Shown: positions 1 to 10,075 of the stretch, in pieces
How the letters are laid out: every line of letters begins with the position of its first letter
How positions within the stretch are numbered: the stretch's first letter is position 1
Assembly (NCBI GenBank): GCA_014728035.1
Contig: WJMJ01000078.1
Span: forward strand, 64,001 to 128,000
Source of the DNA: Promethearchaeota archaeon
GTDB taxonomy: Archaea > Asgardarchaeota > Thorarchaeia > Thorarchaeales > Thorarchaeaceae
Reading direction: 5' to 3'
DNA: 64,000 bases
Program-made: the position numbers and the translations under genes
The notes under the pieces: model-generated
Database searches by the model: none
Told to the model about the DNA's origin: nothing
Seen by the model: only the letters and a program-made list of their open reading frames with translations

Positions 1-369
1 GATGTGCTGATGCTCGTAGATGACAAAAAGACGGTTTCAGTCATTGCAGATTCTATGTTCCAGCCAAATGAGAGAGTAGTAGAACTTCTGAAATGGGCAG
101 CTTCCAAAAAGATTGTCGATGTTCCAGTATCAGAAAGTGGAGGAAAGTCTTCAACTGGGAGTAGAATGGGACGATTTGTACAAGTACCACAGTTTGAGGG
201 AGATATGTCCAAAGTCGATGATTCTGATAAAGCAATCATTCAACTCTGTGATGGTAGTCGAACACCTAAACAGATAGCTCAAGAGGTTGGGCTTCCTAAG
301 GCTAAAATCATCCAAGTAATTGCACGATATCGACGTCATGGACTGAAGATGATAGGTAAAACTATCTAA
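1..369 (+). CDS. 5'-truncated protein ending in two tandem winged-helix-like repeats
   Basis: Frame is open from the window start. Two similar segments (LVDDKKTVSVIA...LLKWAASKKIV and LCDGSRTPKQIA...IARYRRHGL) fit a wHTH pattern. Confidence 0.6.
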   Translation, partial: DVLMLVDDKKTVSVIADSMFQPNERVVELLKWAASKKIVDVPVSESGGKSSTGSRMGRFVQVPQFEGDMSKVDDSDKAIIQLCDGSRTPKQIAQEVGLPKAKIIQVIARYRRHGLKMIGKTI

Positions 370-393
370 TAGTACTGAAGAGGTTCAATAAAA

Positions 394-867
394 ATGGCAA
401 AAATTGAAAATCCAATACTAGTATCAATATATTCCCATATAGTCCAAGATATTCTTGCGGAAACATCCAGTATCGAAGAAGCTAATCAGCGTCTACGAGA
501 AATTGGACGTGGTTTAGGTTCTCAGATTTATTTGAATACAGAAATTGCAGACAAAACAAAGGACACAATAACAACCCGTGAAGATGTTTCAAAGATGATT
601 GAAACTGCATACAAGATTCTATTTGACAAAAAGCCAGATGACATCGATATGGAGAGTGCACGAGGCTCAGTTCGAATTACAGATGAGGAATGTATCTGGT
701 GTCAAGAAGTGAATCTAGAGGGAATGCGGGGTTTTGGGTACTGTGAAATTTTCAGTGGAATCATGGAATCACTACTAGAATTCAAAGGTGTTCAGGCTAA
801 AGTATTCCAAGAAATGTGTCATGCTACTGGATCTGATTATTGTACTTGGAATGTCAGGTTAACATAA
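394..867 (+). CDS. V4R-domain / TRAPP(Bet3)-like protein
   Basis: LREIGRGLG helix, CIWC, YCEIFSGIMESLL, C-terminal CHATGSDYC (V4R signature). Confidence 0.75.
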   Translation: MAKIENPILVSIYSHIVQDILAETSSIEEANQRLREIGRGLGSQIYLNTEIADKTKDTITTREDVSKMIETAYKILFDKKPDDIDMESARGSVRITDEECIWCQEVNLEGMRGFGYCEIFSGIMESLLEFKGVQAKVFQEMCHATGSDYCTWNVRLT

Positions 868-875
868 GCTTATGG

Positions 876-897
876 AGAGAGGAATTCCTCTCTTTTC
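876..897 (+). terminator. Hairpin plus T-tract
   Basis: AGAGAGG-AATT-CCTCTCT followed by T-rich sequence just after the stop. Confidence 0.55.
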
Positions 898-993
898 ATT
901 TCATTTTATAAATAGGAGCCAAAATCACTTTATCAGCAAAAAGCACTTAACACTGTCTTCCATTGTTTCCATGTTACGGAGTTGGTCTGAAGT

Positions 994-1542
994 ATGCCAA
1001 ATGATGATGAAGTAATCGAATGGTGGCAAGGCAGATTAAAAGAAAGAGAACTGATGCTTGCTTTCTTTTCAAAAACATGGAACAAATTAGGTAGTCGTAT
1101 CGCTGTTATGTTTCCTGAAAGAGTACGAGACCTTTACTACAGTGCTGGAAGACTTGCAGGGCTGGAAGCACAAAGGGAGTACTTCAAAGTAGGAAAACAA
1201 AAACCGCCTGGTGATTTCAAGGGAATCATTGAATTCATCAAGATGGCTCTTGGTACACTCATTGTTCCGTTTGGAGATGTAAAAATAGCTAAATTGTACA
1301 AACTTTGGTTGGATGAAGAAGCAATCATTGAGATTCGTGATAACCCTTATGCAGCGGGTATGGCAATGGAAGAACCATCATGTTATTTTCTGAAAGGATT
1401 TATTGAATCGGTTCTCGAATATTTGACGGACTACAATCGTTTAGAATATGAGAAGCTAGAGGTTGTAGAGGAAAATTGTATGTCTGCGGGTTCGGACCAT
1501 TGCTCATTTAAAATGAAACTGACTTACCCAGCCAAAGGTTAA
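994..1542 (+). CDS. V4R-domain protein
   Basis: NPYA...SCYFLKGFIESVL...EENCMSAGSDHCSF. Confidence 0.8.
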   Translation: MPNDDEVIEWWQGRLKERELMLAFFSKTWNKLGSRIAVMFPERVRDLYYSAGRLAGLEAQREYFKVGKQKPPGDFKGIIEFIKMALGTLIVPFGDVKIAKLYKLWLDEEAIIEIRDNPYAAGMAMEEPSCYFLKGFIESVLEYLTDYNRLEYEKLEVVEENCMSAGSDHCSFKMKLTYPAKG

Positions 1543-1549
1543 TTCATTA

Positions 1550-1571
1550 GGTGCGGAGATTACTCCGCGCC
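1550..1571. terminator. Hairpin between convergent genes
   Basis: GGTGCGGAG-ATTA-CTCCGCGCC. Confidence 0.45.
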
Positions 1572-1592
1572 ATTCTATTCAGTTTCTACTAC

Positions 1593-2696
1593 TTATTCTG
1601 AATACCTCTTCCAAAGATAGATTGATGATACTCCTATAGTTGACACAACTGATATGATTGGTAATCCTAGAAGAAAACTAGTAGATCCTATCAAGATGTG
1701 TTCCTGTACAGCTCGATAAGGTTCAAATTCTTCACGAATTCCAAATAGATTTCCAGAGAATGCATCAACATAAAATCGGATGTTTTCAATTTCTGACTCA
1801 AAATCCAGAACCCAAGACAGTCGCAGATGGTGGTTGCCGTCGGCATCCTCTACATCAGCTAGAGCTATTTTGGGAGTTTGAAGTGACAGGTTATTTTGTT
1901 CACTAGGAAACTCATAGATTGATAGTGCATTTGAAAGGGCTAGTTGTTGACCTACAACATGAGTTGTATCAATCGGATCTAATCCAATCCAATCGTAATG
2001 ATAATAAGAAATTCCATGAGTGAATGAGGAGGCTCTTACAATTATTGAAGAGGTTTCAATTTCAATGGGGCCGTTATACTCCTGAAAAACAAGAGAGTAA
2101 AAACGCCGACAGTCGTAGGGGAATCCCTCAATATATCGAGCCGTAAAAGGAATCTCAATGTTATAGTCAGTGAGAAACTCTGAAACTATTGTTTCAGCTT
2201 CCAACAAGGTGATATCCGTAGGATCATATTCGTGAAGGTATCTGCTTTCATATTCTATTACTTGACCTTCAATCGCATCAACAACTACATATGCCGTAAA
2301 ATCAACATGGTTGTACAGAATTTTCCAAGATGGGGGAATATCTACTTTGAGTATTGCCTGAATAGTCCAGTTAACAAAAGGTGGACCTACATCCTGTAAG
2401 AAATTAGTAGCTGTCGATAGTGCACTTTCATTATCTACAATAAAATCAAATGTTTGAAAATCACGAGTTACCAAGAAAGGTCTTTGTGATTCGATCTTGA
2501 ACGCATTAGGATAAATAGCAGAGTATCTAGTATCCGACGTGAAATTGGAAAAGGACGAGTCTGTAACAACCGTTCCTTCCAGATTTGAACTACTCATATC
2601 CCAACGACTTAGAGAATATCCAACGAGAGGTAAAGCAACTCCTCCAACTATTAGAAAAACCACAAGTAGAGGGAATAACTTACTTACAAACACCAA
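1593..2696 (-). CDS. Membrane-anchored extracellular protein, PepSY/YcdB-like repeats
   Basis: N-terminal signal/TM, C-terminal TM, two VDAxxG motifs (VVDAIEGQV, YVDAFSGNL). Confidence 0.55.
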   Translation of the reverse strand: MVFVSKLFPLLVVFLIVGGVALPLVGYSLSRWDMSSSNLEGTVVTDSSFSNFTSDTRYSAIYPNAFKIESQRPFLVTRDFQTFDFIVDNESALSTATNFLQDVGPPFVNWTIQAILKVDIPPSWKILYNHVDFTAYVVVDAIEGQVIEYESRYLHEYDPTDITLLEAETIVSEFLTDYNIEIPFTARYIEGFPYDCRRFYSLVFQEYNGPIEIETSSIIVRASSFTHGISYYHYDWIGLDPIDTTHVVGQQLALSNALSIYEFPSEQNNLSLQTPKIALADVEDADGNHHLRLSWVLDFESEIENIRFYVDAFSGNLFGIREEFEPYRAVQEHILIGSTSFLLGLPIISVVSTIGVSSIYLWKRYSE

Positions 2697-2698
2697 GA

Positions 2699-2732
2699 TT
2701 GTAACTCCAGTATTTTAGTTACAATTTGTAAC
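2699..2732. promoter_or_regulatory. Palindromic operator-like site between divergent genes
   Basis: Perfect GTTACAA-T-TTGTAAC at 2718-2732, plus an extra TTGTAAC half-site at 2699-2705. Confidence 0.45.
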
Positions 2733-2842
2733 AACGCTTATAGTTGTAATTATATGGCGATTTATAATTATGAATAGTACAAGTGTTGTTCAAACGCAAG
2801 TGCTTAATTAGGAAAATACCAAACTAATGGTGAGACAAGAGA

Positions 2843-3604
2843 ATGAAATCGACTAGATTGAGGAAGACGTTGATAGCTTCACTTCTGTTTGCATTGATGC
2901 TGGGATTTTCGGTATCTATGTTACTCCAATTGAGTACAGGAGAGGATTCAATACTGGTCAATCAAGTATCTTCTAGTAATAGCAGAAATCTAGCAGTACA
3001 CAATCTGACCGTTTCAACTGCTCCTTCCAATATGATTACATCAGTCCAGCTGGATAGTGACTTCAGTTCATTCTTTGGCACTGCCAGTTTAGTAACGTTA
3101 GCTCTTGGTACAGTATCTATTGATCGTAAGGAAGAAAGAAGTTCCACAAAATTACGAGACAGAATAATTAACGAAGTATCTCTAAGTCCGGGAATACACT
3201 TGAGAGGTTTGCACCGAGCTCTTGATTGTGCAATGGGAGCATTACAATACCATCTACGAAATCTTGAAGCAGAAGATATCATCCAATCATTCAAAGTTGG
3301 GAATTCGAAACATTTCTTCTTGAATGGATTTTCAGATGATAACAAGGTACTAGAACTCACTGCACTGCTTAGAAATCCAACGATGCAATTGATTGTATCA
3401 GAAACTGTAGAAAAGGGACGCACCACACAAGCACACTTAAGCAGAAGTTTAGACCTTGATAAGAGCCTGGTATCATATTATGTTTCTAGTTTAATCAAAG
3501 CAGATGTATTCGAGACCATCCGTGTCTTTGGTCGAGAAAAACCAGTTCGGGTTACCGAATGGGCACAATTGTCTATTGATTCACTTGGTCTGATAGTTCA
3601 ATAG
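2843..3604 (+). CDS. Membrane-associated double winged-helix transcriptional regulator (ArsR/MarR-like)
   Basis: N-terminal TM; PGIHLRGLHRAL...GALQYHLRNLE and a second HTH (TQAHLSRSLDLDKSLVSYYV). Confidence 0.75.
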   Translation: MKSTRLRKTLIASLLFALMLGFSVSMLLQLSTGEDSILVNQVSSSNSRNLAVHNLTVSTAPSNMITSVQLDSDFSSFFGTASLVTLALGTVSIDRKEERSSTKLRDRIINEVSLSPGIHLRGLHRALDCAMGALQYHLRNLEAEDIIQSFKVGNSKHFFLNGFSDDNKVLELTALLRNPTMQLIVSETVEKGRTTQAHLSRSLDLDKSLVSYYVSSLIKADVFETIRVFGREKPVRVTEWAQLSIDSLGLIVQ

Positions 3605-3720
3605 ATGTTCTAGTACATCTATTGTCAGACCTTCACCTTTATTTTTACAAATTCCGACTCGGATATAGTCTGATTGGCAGGTAAATATAGGGTTCAATCA
3701 GGTGAGAGCGAGGTGTCATT

Positions 3721-4470
3721 ATGTCTGACGATATGATTCTAGGTGCAGATGACTTTGATGAGTCAATGGATTTTGATGGATTAGATAAGGTAGAATTTTC
3801 TGTCAAAATGAAAGGGGTCTCCAGAAAGTATTTGCTAGGAAGTCGTGAAGTAATTGCTTTGAACCAAGTGGATTTGAAAATCAGATCTGGAGAATATGTT
3901 GTAGTATCTGGTCCATCAGGTTCTGGAAAAACTACGATGCTGAATATAATTGGATGTATAGACTATGCTACAGAAGGGCGGATTCATATTCTCGATGTGC
4001 CAATTGAAGATTATGATGAATCATTCAGAGCAACTTTCAGGCTTAATAACACTGGATTCATATTCCAGAGTTATAACTTAATCTCGACACTTACCGCTCT
4101 TGAAAATGTCATGTTCCCTATGCAGATTACAGACAAGCCAGAAGAAGAATTGGAACAAGATGCATCGGAATTACTGAAAAAGGTCGGTTTAGAAAACCGA
4201 TTGGACCACTTACCTTGGCAACTTAGTTCTGGAGAGCAGCAAAGAGTTGCAATAGCACGAGCAATAGCTAATGATCCAGCAATAATACTTGCAGATGAGC
4301 CTACAGCAAATCTCGACGAGGAGAGCGCTGAAATGGTCCGGCAAATTTTGGATTCTCTCAACAAATCTGGAAAGACAGTAATCGTCATGACGCATGATGA
4401 GAAGATAATCAACAACTCAGAAGTAAGACATCTGCTTATCCGGGACGGGAGCGTGATTTCTGATGACTAA
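3721..4470 (+). CDS. ABC transporter ATPase, LolD/MacB/FtsE family
   Basis: GPSGSGKT, LSSGEQQRVAIARA, ILADEPTANLD, H-loop. Confidence 0.93.
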   Translation: MSDDMILGADDFDESMDFDGLDKVEFSVKMKGVSRKYLLGSREVIALNQVDLKIRSGEYVVVSGPSGSGKTTMLNIIGCIDYATEGRIHILDVPIEDYDESFRATFRLNNTGFIFQSYNLISTLTALENVMFPMQITDKPEEELEQDASELLKKVGLENRLDHLPWQLSSGEQQRVAIARAIANDPAIILADEPTANLDEESAEMVRQILDSLNKSGKTVIVMTHDEKIINNSEVRHLLIRDGSVISDD

Positions 4471-6313
4471 GCAAGACTATGCATCTAAAGATCTTAGACG
4501 AAGACCATTTCGTAGTGCTTTGACCATATTCACAATGGCTAGTGTCATAGCAGCAACAACGTTTCTTTTCCTATTTGGGAGTGTACTTCTTGATATAACC
4601 GCCTTTGTGTCTTCAACAGGTCTCAATTCCTCCTTTGGTGTCTTCTTTGAAACATTCATTTGGGGCACTCTACTAATGGCAGTTGTTTTGGGAGGTGCAG
4701 TTGTTTCTTCCACCATATCTCTAGAGATGATCAGTAGAAGGAGAGATATTGGTCTAATGAAAGCAGTTGGAACATTGATGGATACTCTTTTCGACCATTT
4801 CATGGCACAAGCAGTGATATTGCTGCTTCTCAGCATTGTCATAGGACTGACAACCGGGCTATTATTGTATATTATTGGCATGATCTGGTTAGCAAATGTT
4901 ATCACCGGAGCTGAGTTCAGTTTTGTATTTCCATATCTGCAACTTGCAGCTATTGCTGGAATATACTTCTTTATGGGATTTTTTGCAGCACAAAAACCAA
5001 TTTATGAAACAGTAAACGAATCGCCTATTTCTGCTCTTAATCCGGAAATCGGTATGCGGGTCCGTCGTGTTGGATATCTTGATACATTCGGTCTTTCATT
5101 CAGATTAGCAACAAAAGCTACTGGAAGAAGAATTAAGGGGTCTCGAAGAACTATCCTCTCCTTGATGCTAAGTTTCTCTCTTGCATCATTACTTTGGATT
5201 GGAGGAGGGATTACGAGTACTACTACAAATGCATATGTTACCAGAGCAATGGGTAGCAACATAGTAGCAGTGGGAAACTCAAATCTACTCAACACATACT
5301 ACGATGCATACTCTCTCTCAGGCGAAAGAATTGAAGGGGCATATAATTTCACAGAGAGCCAATACATACTCCCAACTCCAATGTTCGCAGATCTGAATGA
5401 TATTGATGGTGTAGACATCGTAGAACAACGAATGATAGATTATCAGAGGATATACGAAGGACCTGCCATTATCTGGAATCCAACATTAGAACAATATGAA
5501 CGAATAGGGAAAGACCGAACCAATTCGTCACTGATTGTGGGAATAGATTGGGAACATACAATATCAGATTGGTATTTTGAAGGAAGTGAGATTGAAGATT
5601 CACAACAGGTTTGGATAGGCGGAGAGCTAGCTACTACGATGTATGAAGATCCACTAATTCAACGTCTAGGTGTAAAAGGCGCTTCGATGGAGATTGCAGG
5701 CATCGCATTCGATATTCTAAACGGAGGAATGCTTGCTATGTTGCCACTAGATACCATGCAAGACCTTTGGGGTGTATCGGGTTCAAACCTCGCATTAGTC
5801 CAAATAGAAGACTATTCTGCATCCGTAATTGAAGAGATCGAGATGGTTGCGAATTCCTATGGTTTCAGCATTACTTTACAACAGAATATTCTTGACGAAA
5901 ACCTTAGAGCAATAAACCTTGTATGGAACCTTTTGCAGCCGCTACCTCTGATTGCACTAGTCAGTGCCTTTGCAAGCTTGGCAAACTACCTATTAGTATC
6001 GGTATTTGGACGATTCGACGACTATGTGATTATGAGAGCAATCGGTGCTAAACCGAAGTTCATTGCTAAAACAATGATTGCTGAAGGTTTAGATATAGGA
6101 CTTAAAGCAGGATTACCAGGTGTGCTTGCATCTGTGTTTTTCAGCGTGTTTCTATTGGTTCCAGAAGCAGCTGTACCGTCTACTCTGTTCTTACCATTAT
6201 CGATAGTGACCATGCTGATCAGTCTTGTAGTCATAGTCAGTCTGGCTGCAGTTCCAGTCTATTTCATGTTCTCGCGAAGAAACGATCTGAAAGTATCAGA
6301 ATTCTTTGTATAG
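4463..6313 (+). CDS. FtsX/MacB-family ABC permease (duplicated)
   Basis: Two FtsX-type modules (RRRDIGLMKAVG; DYVIMRAIGA), multiple TMs, overlaps the ATPase stop. Confidence 0.85.
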   Translation: MTKQDYASKDLRRRPFRSALTIFTMASVIAATTFLFLFGSVLLDITAFVSSTGLNSSFGVFFETFIWGTLLMAVVLGGAVVSSTISLEMISRRRDIGLMKAVGTLMDTLFDHFMAQAVILLLLSIVIGLTTGLLLYIIGMIWLANVITGAEFSFVFPYLQLAAIAGIYFFMGFFAAQKPIYETVNESPISALNPEIGMRVRRVGYLDTFGLSFRLATKATGRRIKGSRRTILSLMLSFSLASLLWIGGGITSTTTNAYVTRAMGSNIVAVGNSNLLNTYYDAYSLSGERIEGAYNFTESQYILPTPMFADLNDIDGVDIVEQRMIDYQRIYEGPAIIWNPTLEQYERIGKDRTNSSLIVGIDWEHTISDWYFEGSEIEDSQQVWIGGELATTMYEDPLIQRLGVKGASMEIAGIAFDILNGGMLAMLPLDTMQDLWGVSGSNLALVQIEDYSASVIEEIEMVANSYGFSITLQQNILDENLRAINLVWNLLQPLPLIALVSAFASLANYLLVSVFGRFDDYVIMRAIGAKPKFIAKTMIAEGLDIGLKAGLPGVLASVFFSVFLLVPEAAVPSTLFLPLSIVTMLISLVVIVSLAAVPVYFMFSRRNDLKVSEFFV

Positions 6314-6358
6314 ATAGTTTCATTAGAGAAATCATAGGCGGACCAGTGAGGTTTGCCT

Positions 6359-8026
6359 ATGTCAAATGAAATACAAGAAGACGAGTTCAATATACACTGG
6401 ATTCGTGATGTAGTAGATGAAGTATTAGCACGTGATGTGGATGAGTATGTGCTTTCCACAGGTAAGAGTCCTAGTGGAAGTATCCATATCGGATTTGTAA
6501 GAGAACTCATAACATCAAATGTCATCAAACGAGAACTCAAAGACCTAGGCAAAAAGGCTCGTTCGTTATTTGTCGTAGATGACTATGACCCAGTACGGGC
6601 ATTTCCACCAAGCGTTTCTCTTTCATTAGATGAATGGGTCGGAATCCCCTATTGTGATGTGCCAGATGAGTTCGGATGCTGTGATAGTTTCGGGTCGCAT
6701 TGGGCAAACGAATTAATTGAAACATTTCCTGATTTTGGGCTTGACCCTGAAATCGTATGGACTAGTAAACTCTACCAGACTCCTGAGATGCGTGATGCAG
6801 TACGAATCTGTCTGAAGGAAACAGAAACATTACGTGAAATTATGATCAAGTATGTGGCTAGTGATTTCAACGACGCCCAGCGAACTAAATACATCAAAGC
6901 AATGGAGGATTGGTATCCTGCTTCAATCTTATGTCCAGAATGTGGTAAGTTTCAAGCTGGAGCAAAGGGATCTATAAAGCCCAACCGCGTTACAGGTTAC
7001 GATATAGAAACGGACCATGTCAGTTTCAAGTGTCCTGGTTGTGGGCACGAAGCCTCTGTTCCACTAGACAAAGTGAAAGTCAAATTGACTTGGCGGATTG
7101 ACTGGCCTACAAAATGGTATGTGCTAAATGTGACATGCGAACCAGCTGGAAAAGATCACTCGGTAAAAGGTGGTTCTTATGATACGGGACTTGAGGTTTC
7201 ACGTCGAGTCTTTGATTGGGCAGGCCCGGTCAAAGTACCTTATGAATGGGTCATGATTGGGGGCAGAGATATGGGAACATCAACGGGCATCGTCTTCAGT
7301 CCAAAAGTATGGACCGAGATTGCGCCACCCGAACTATATCGATTCCTTATGCTAAAGACAGACCTACAAAGAACAATCAATATTCAACCTGAACGTGTAC
7401 CAGATTTAGTTGACCAATACGATAGGTTTGAGAGGGTGTATTATGAGGTGGAAGAAACAACATCCGATGAGAAAGAATTAGCAAAACTACTGTATCCTCT
7501 TAGCGAATCAAATCCGGTGCGAAATGAGTATTTGCCAAAACTTCCATTCAAATTTGCAGTAACAATCTCACAACTAGAAGAAGTAATTGGAACAGAACCC
7601 GTTATAGCTAAATCAATCGAAGTAATGCATAAGCAATACGATATCGAGTCTGTTTCAGATGATATACTGGCACATATCAGAAAACGATTAGATAGAGCTT
7701 TAAAGTGGGTTACAAATTTCGGATCTAAAAGAGAAAAAATCGCAGTTCCAGTAGAAGTGCCTGAATCCATAATTTCGACTATAACAGATGATGACAGAAA
7801 ATTCCTTACACTTCTTTTAAAAACTCTCAGAAAATCTTCTCTGGAAGATGAAGAACTTCAGACGGAAATTTTCGAGTCAGCAAGAGAGGTTGGAATTAAG
7901 ACAAAAAGGGCATTTACTGTTCTGTATCGGATTTTGATTTCATCAAAGTCGGGACCACGTATTGGACCATTTCTAAATATGTTGGGTACTGATTGGGTAG
8001 CGAAACGTATTGAATCTGTACTCTGA
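6359..8026 (+). CDS. lysS: Lysyl-tRNA synthetase, class I
   Basis: SPSGSIHIG, KLTWRIDWP, EPAGKDH, GPRIG; zinc-ribbon CxxC motifs. Confidence 0.96.
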   Translation: MSNEIQEDEFNIHWIRDVVDEVLARDVDEYVLSTGKSPSGSIHIGFVRELITSNVIKRELKDLGKKARSLFVVDDYDPVRAFPPSVSLSLDEWVGIPYCDVPDEFGCCDSFGSHWANELIETFPDFGLDPEIVWTSKLYQTPEMRDAVRICLKETETLREIMIKYVASDFNDAQRTKYIKAMEDWYPASILCPECGKFQAGAKGSIKPNRVTGYDIETDHVSFKCPGCGHEASVPLDKVKVKLTWRIDWPTKWYVLNVTCEPAGKDHSVKGGSYDTGLEVSRRVFDWAGPVKVPYEWVMIGGRDMGTSTGIVFSPKVWTEIAPPELYRFLMLKTDLQRTINIQPERVPDLVDQYDRFERVYYEVEETTSDEKELAKLLYPLSESNPVRNEYLPKLPFKFAVTISQLEEVIGTEPVIAKSIEVMHKQYDIESVSDDILAHIRKRLDRALKWVTNFGSKREKIAVPVEVPESIISTITDDDRKFLTLLLKTLRKSSLEDEELQTEIFESAREVGIKTKRAFTVLYRILISSKSGPRIGPFLNMLGTDWVAKRIESVL

Positions 8027-8092
8027 GACCTCTCAACATGTTTATTAGAGGTTCGCAATTGCCGGACCTCAAACCATTATTTGGTGATACAG

Positions 8093-8824
8093 ATGCTTGG
8101 AAAACTGCGAGAAAGATACCAGAAGGTTATGATGCCTGTAGGGCGACTACTAGCGAAGACCGGAATAACTCCAAATATGATAACAGGTCTTACCGTTCTA
8201 GTTGCAATGATTAGTACCTATTTCTTTTACATGGGTGAGCTTCTAATCGGTCTTGCAGTGATGATCTTCACCGTCGTCATGGATATGTTTGATGGTGCTG
8301 TTGCAAGAGCTGCGAACTTAGCAAGTCCTTTTGGAGCCACTTTTGACCACACCTTGGACAGGTATGCAGAATTCCTATTCATGCTTGGCCTTATGCTTGG
8401 ACCTATCGGTTTGGTTTCAATTCCGTGGTGGCCTTATGCGACAGGCGATAAATTTGTTCATTGGTTCTGGGGATTTTTCACGCTATTTGGAATGATTATG
8501 GCAAGCTTTTCCAGAGCAAAAGCAGAGTCAGTGGGAGGTATGGATAACTGTGCGGTAGGTATTGCAGAACGTCAAGAAAAATTAATTCTAACAGTGATTG
8601 GCATTCTTCTGCTAGCATTACCTGCAACCAATATCTGGATGGATTTTCTTGCTTTCTTTCCTTCCGCCATTATGGACTTCTTCGTAGCTATTAAGATAAC
8701 TAACATTCTAACTTTTCTAACGGCAATTGTGGGTATACTCTCACACATCACAGTTGGTCAGCGATTAGCATATGCTAATCGAATAATTAGAGGGAGAAAT
8801 TTGGATGCAACATCCTCTGTATAA
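8093..8824 (+). CDS. CDP-alcohol phosphatidyltransferase (archaetidylinositol-phosphate synthase-like)
   Basis: TPN...DMFDGAVAR...FGATFDHTLDRYAE; RAKAES; GIAERQE; GGTGA SD before ATG 8093. Confidence 0.88.
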   Translation: MLGKLRERYQKVMMPVGRLLAKTGITPNMITGLTVLVAMISTYFFYMGELLIGLAVMIFTVVMDMFDGAVARAANLASPFGATFDHTLDRYAEFLFMLGLMLGPIGLVSIPWWPYATGDKFVHWFWGFFTLFGMIMASFSRAKAESVGGMDNCAVGIAERQEKLILTVIGILLLALPATNIWMDFLAFFPSAIMDFFVAIKITNILTFLTAIVGILSHITVGQRLAYANRIIRGRNLDATSSV

Positions 8825-9731
8825 TTTAGTGTCCATTGGCAATCCATTGTATGACCAAATATCAAATTCGGAATTGGACTTCAATTCTGATACTTTCAGT
8901 GGAGGTAGCATAACAGTCTGTCTAGTTGCAGACGCACTTGGTATCAGTAGATTGGTAATGATTGGATCCGTACCGAAAAAAGAACGATTCAAAATACTAT
9001 CAGCTATCGAACAAACACAGATTGAACATTTCTTGATGGAACCAGAAATAGATATTCCAGCAAAAGAAACAGTACAAGAAGACGCTTGTCAAGGACAAAT
9101 ATTGGGACCTCTTGGAAGGATACGAATCAGAGATATCCCTGAAGAATTTCTTTTATCAGAGGTAATCGTACTCAATCCCGTCTTACAGGAAATTGATATT
9201 GATTTAGTTGAGTGGGTTTCATCATCATCTGATGCACTCATCCTGATAGATATGCAAGGATTCCTTAGAAGGAGAAATAAAAGAGGATATGGAGTATATA
9301 CACCTCACTCCGAAGATATTCGTCAGCTCTTGAATTCCGTTGATTTGGCAAAGGCAAATCAAGTTGAAGCACAACTTATGACGGGAGAAGAAGATGCTTT
9401 TGTTGCAGTTGAAACAATGGTGGAATGGGGGGCAGAGATAGGAATAATCACAAGAGGTAATAGAGGTTGTATTATTTTTGATGGGAATGAGTTTCTCCAA
9501 ATACCTGCATTTGAAACAGATGTTGCTTGTTCACTAAGTGCGGGAGATATATTTCTTGGTGCTTTTGCTACACACCTCCTAGAAACAGACAATCTGCTGG
9601 ACTGTGGATTATTTGCTACAAGTACAACCAGCATTATTTTGGAAAAAGAGCCTCAATTGCCATTGTTTATTGACCGTTCAGAGATTCAAAAACGAATTGG
9701 TCTTCTTCAGGATGATGTCAAGATACTTTAG
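8805..9731 (+). CDS. PfkB/ribokinase-family kinase
   Basis: GG near N-terminus, IDMQG, KANQVEA, ITRGNRG, SAGDIF. Confidence 0.85.
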   Translation: MQHPLYNLVSIGNPLYDQISNSELDFNSDTFSGGSITVCLVADALGISRLVMIGSVPKKERFKILSAIEQTQIEHFLMEPEIDIPAKETVQEDACQGQILGPLGRIRIRDIPEEFLLSEVIVLNPVLQEIDIDLVEWVSSSSDALILIDMQGFLRRRNKRGYGVYTPHSEDIRQLLNSVDLAKANQVEAQLMTGEEDAFVAVETMVEWGAEIGIITRGNRGCIIFDGNEFLQIPAFETDVACSLSAGDIFLGAFATHLLETDNLLDCGLFATSTTSIILEKEPQLPLFIDRSEIQKRIGLLQDDVKIL

Positions 9732-10075
9732 ATCTCAGTAAGGTCAAAAACAGAATCCATGGTCTTTGAGAGAAATCGTTTTGCCTCTTTCATTGCAAGT
9801 CTGCCATCCTCGGTGATCTCGTAATATTTTCTAGGTGAGCCACTACGTTCTTCTCCTCTAATCAATCCATCTTTGACTAATCGATAAATAATTGCATAGC
9901 CACTGACCGTTGCGGGTGAAAAACCGAATCGTTTCGTAACAAGTTCTTTTATCTCATAACCATAATGGGGTCTTTCTTGAAGTAGACGGAGAATGTAAAT
10001 CCATAACATCTCTTTTGTCAGCTTTTTTACAAGACGATGCATTGCTTTTGGTAGTTCTTCAACATCCGATGTCAT
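9728..10075 (-). CDS. PadR-family transcriptional regulator
   Basis: ILRLL...HYGYEI...RKYYEITEDG. Confidence 0.92.
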   Translation of the reverse strand: MTSDVEELPKAMHRLVKKLTKEMLWIYILRLLQERPHYGYEIKELVTKRFGFSPATVSGYAIIYRLVKDGLIRGEERSGSPRKYYEITEDGRLAMKEAKRFLSKTMDSVFDLTEI

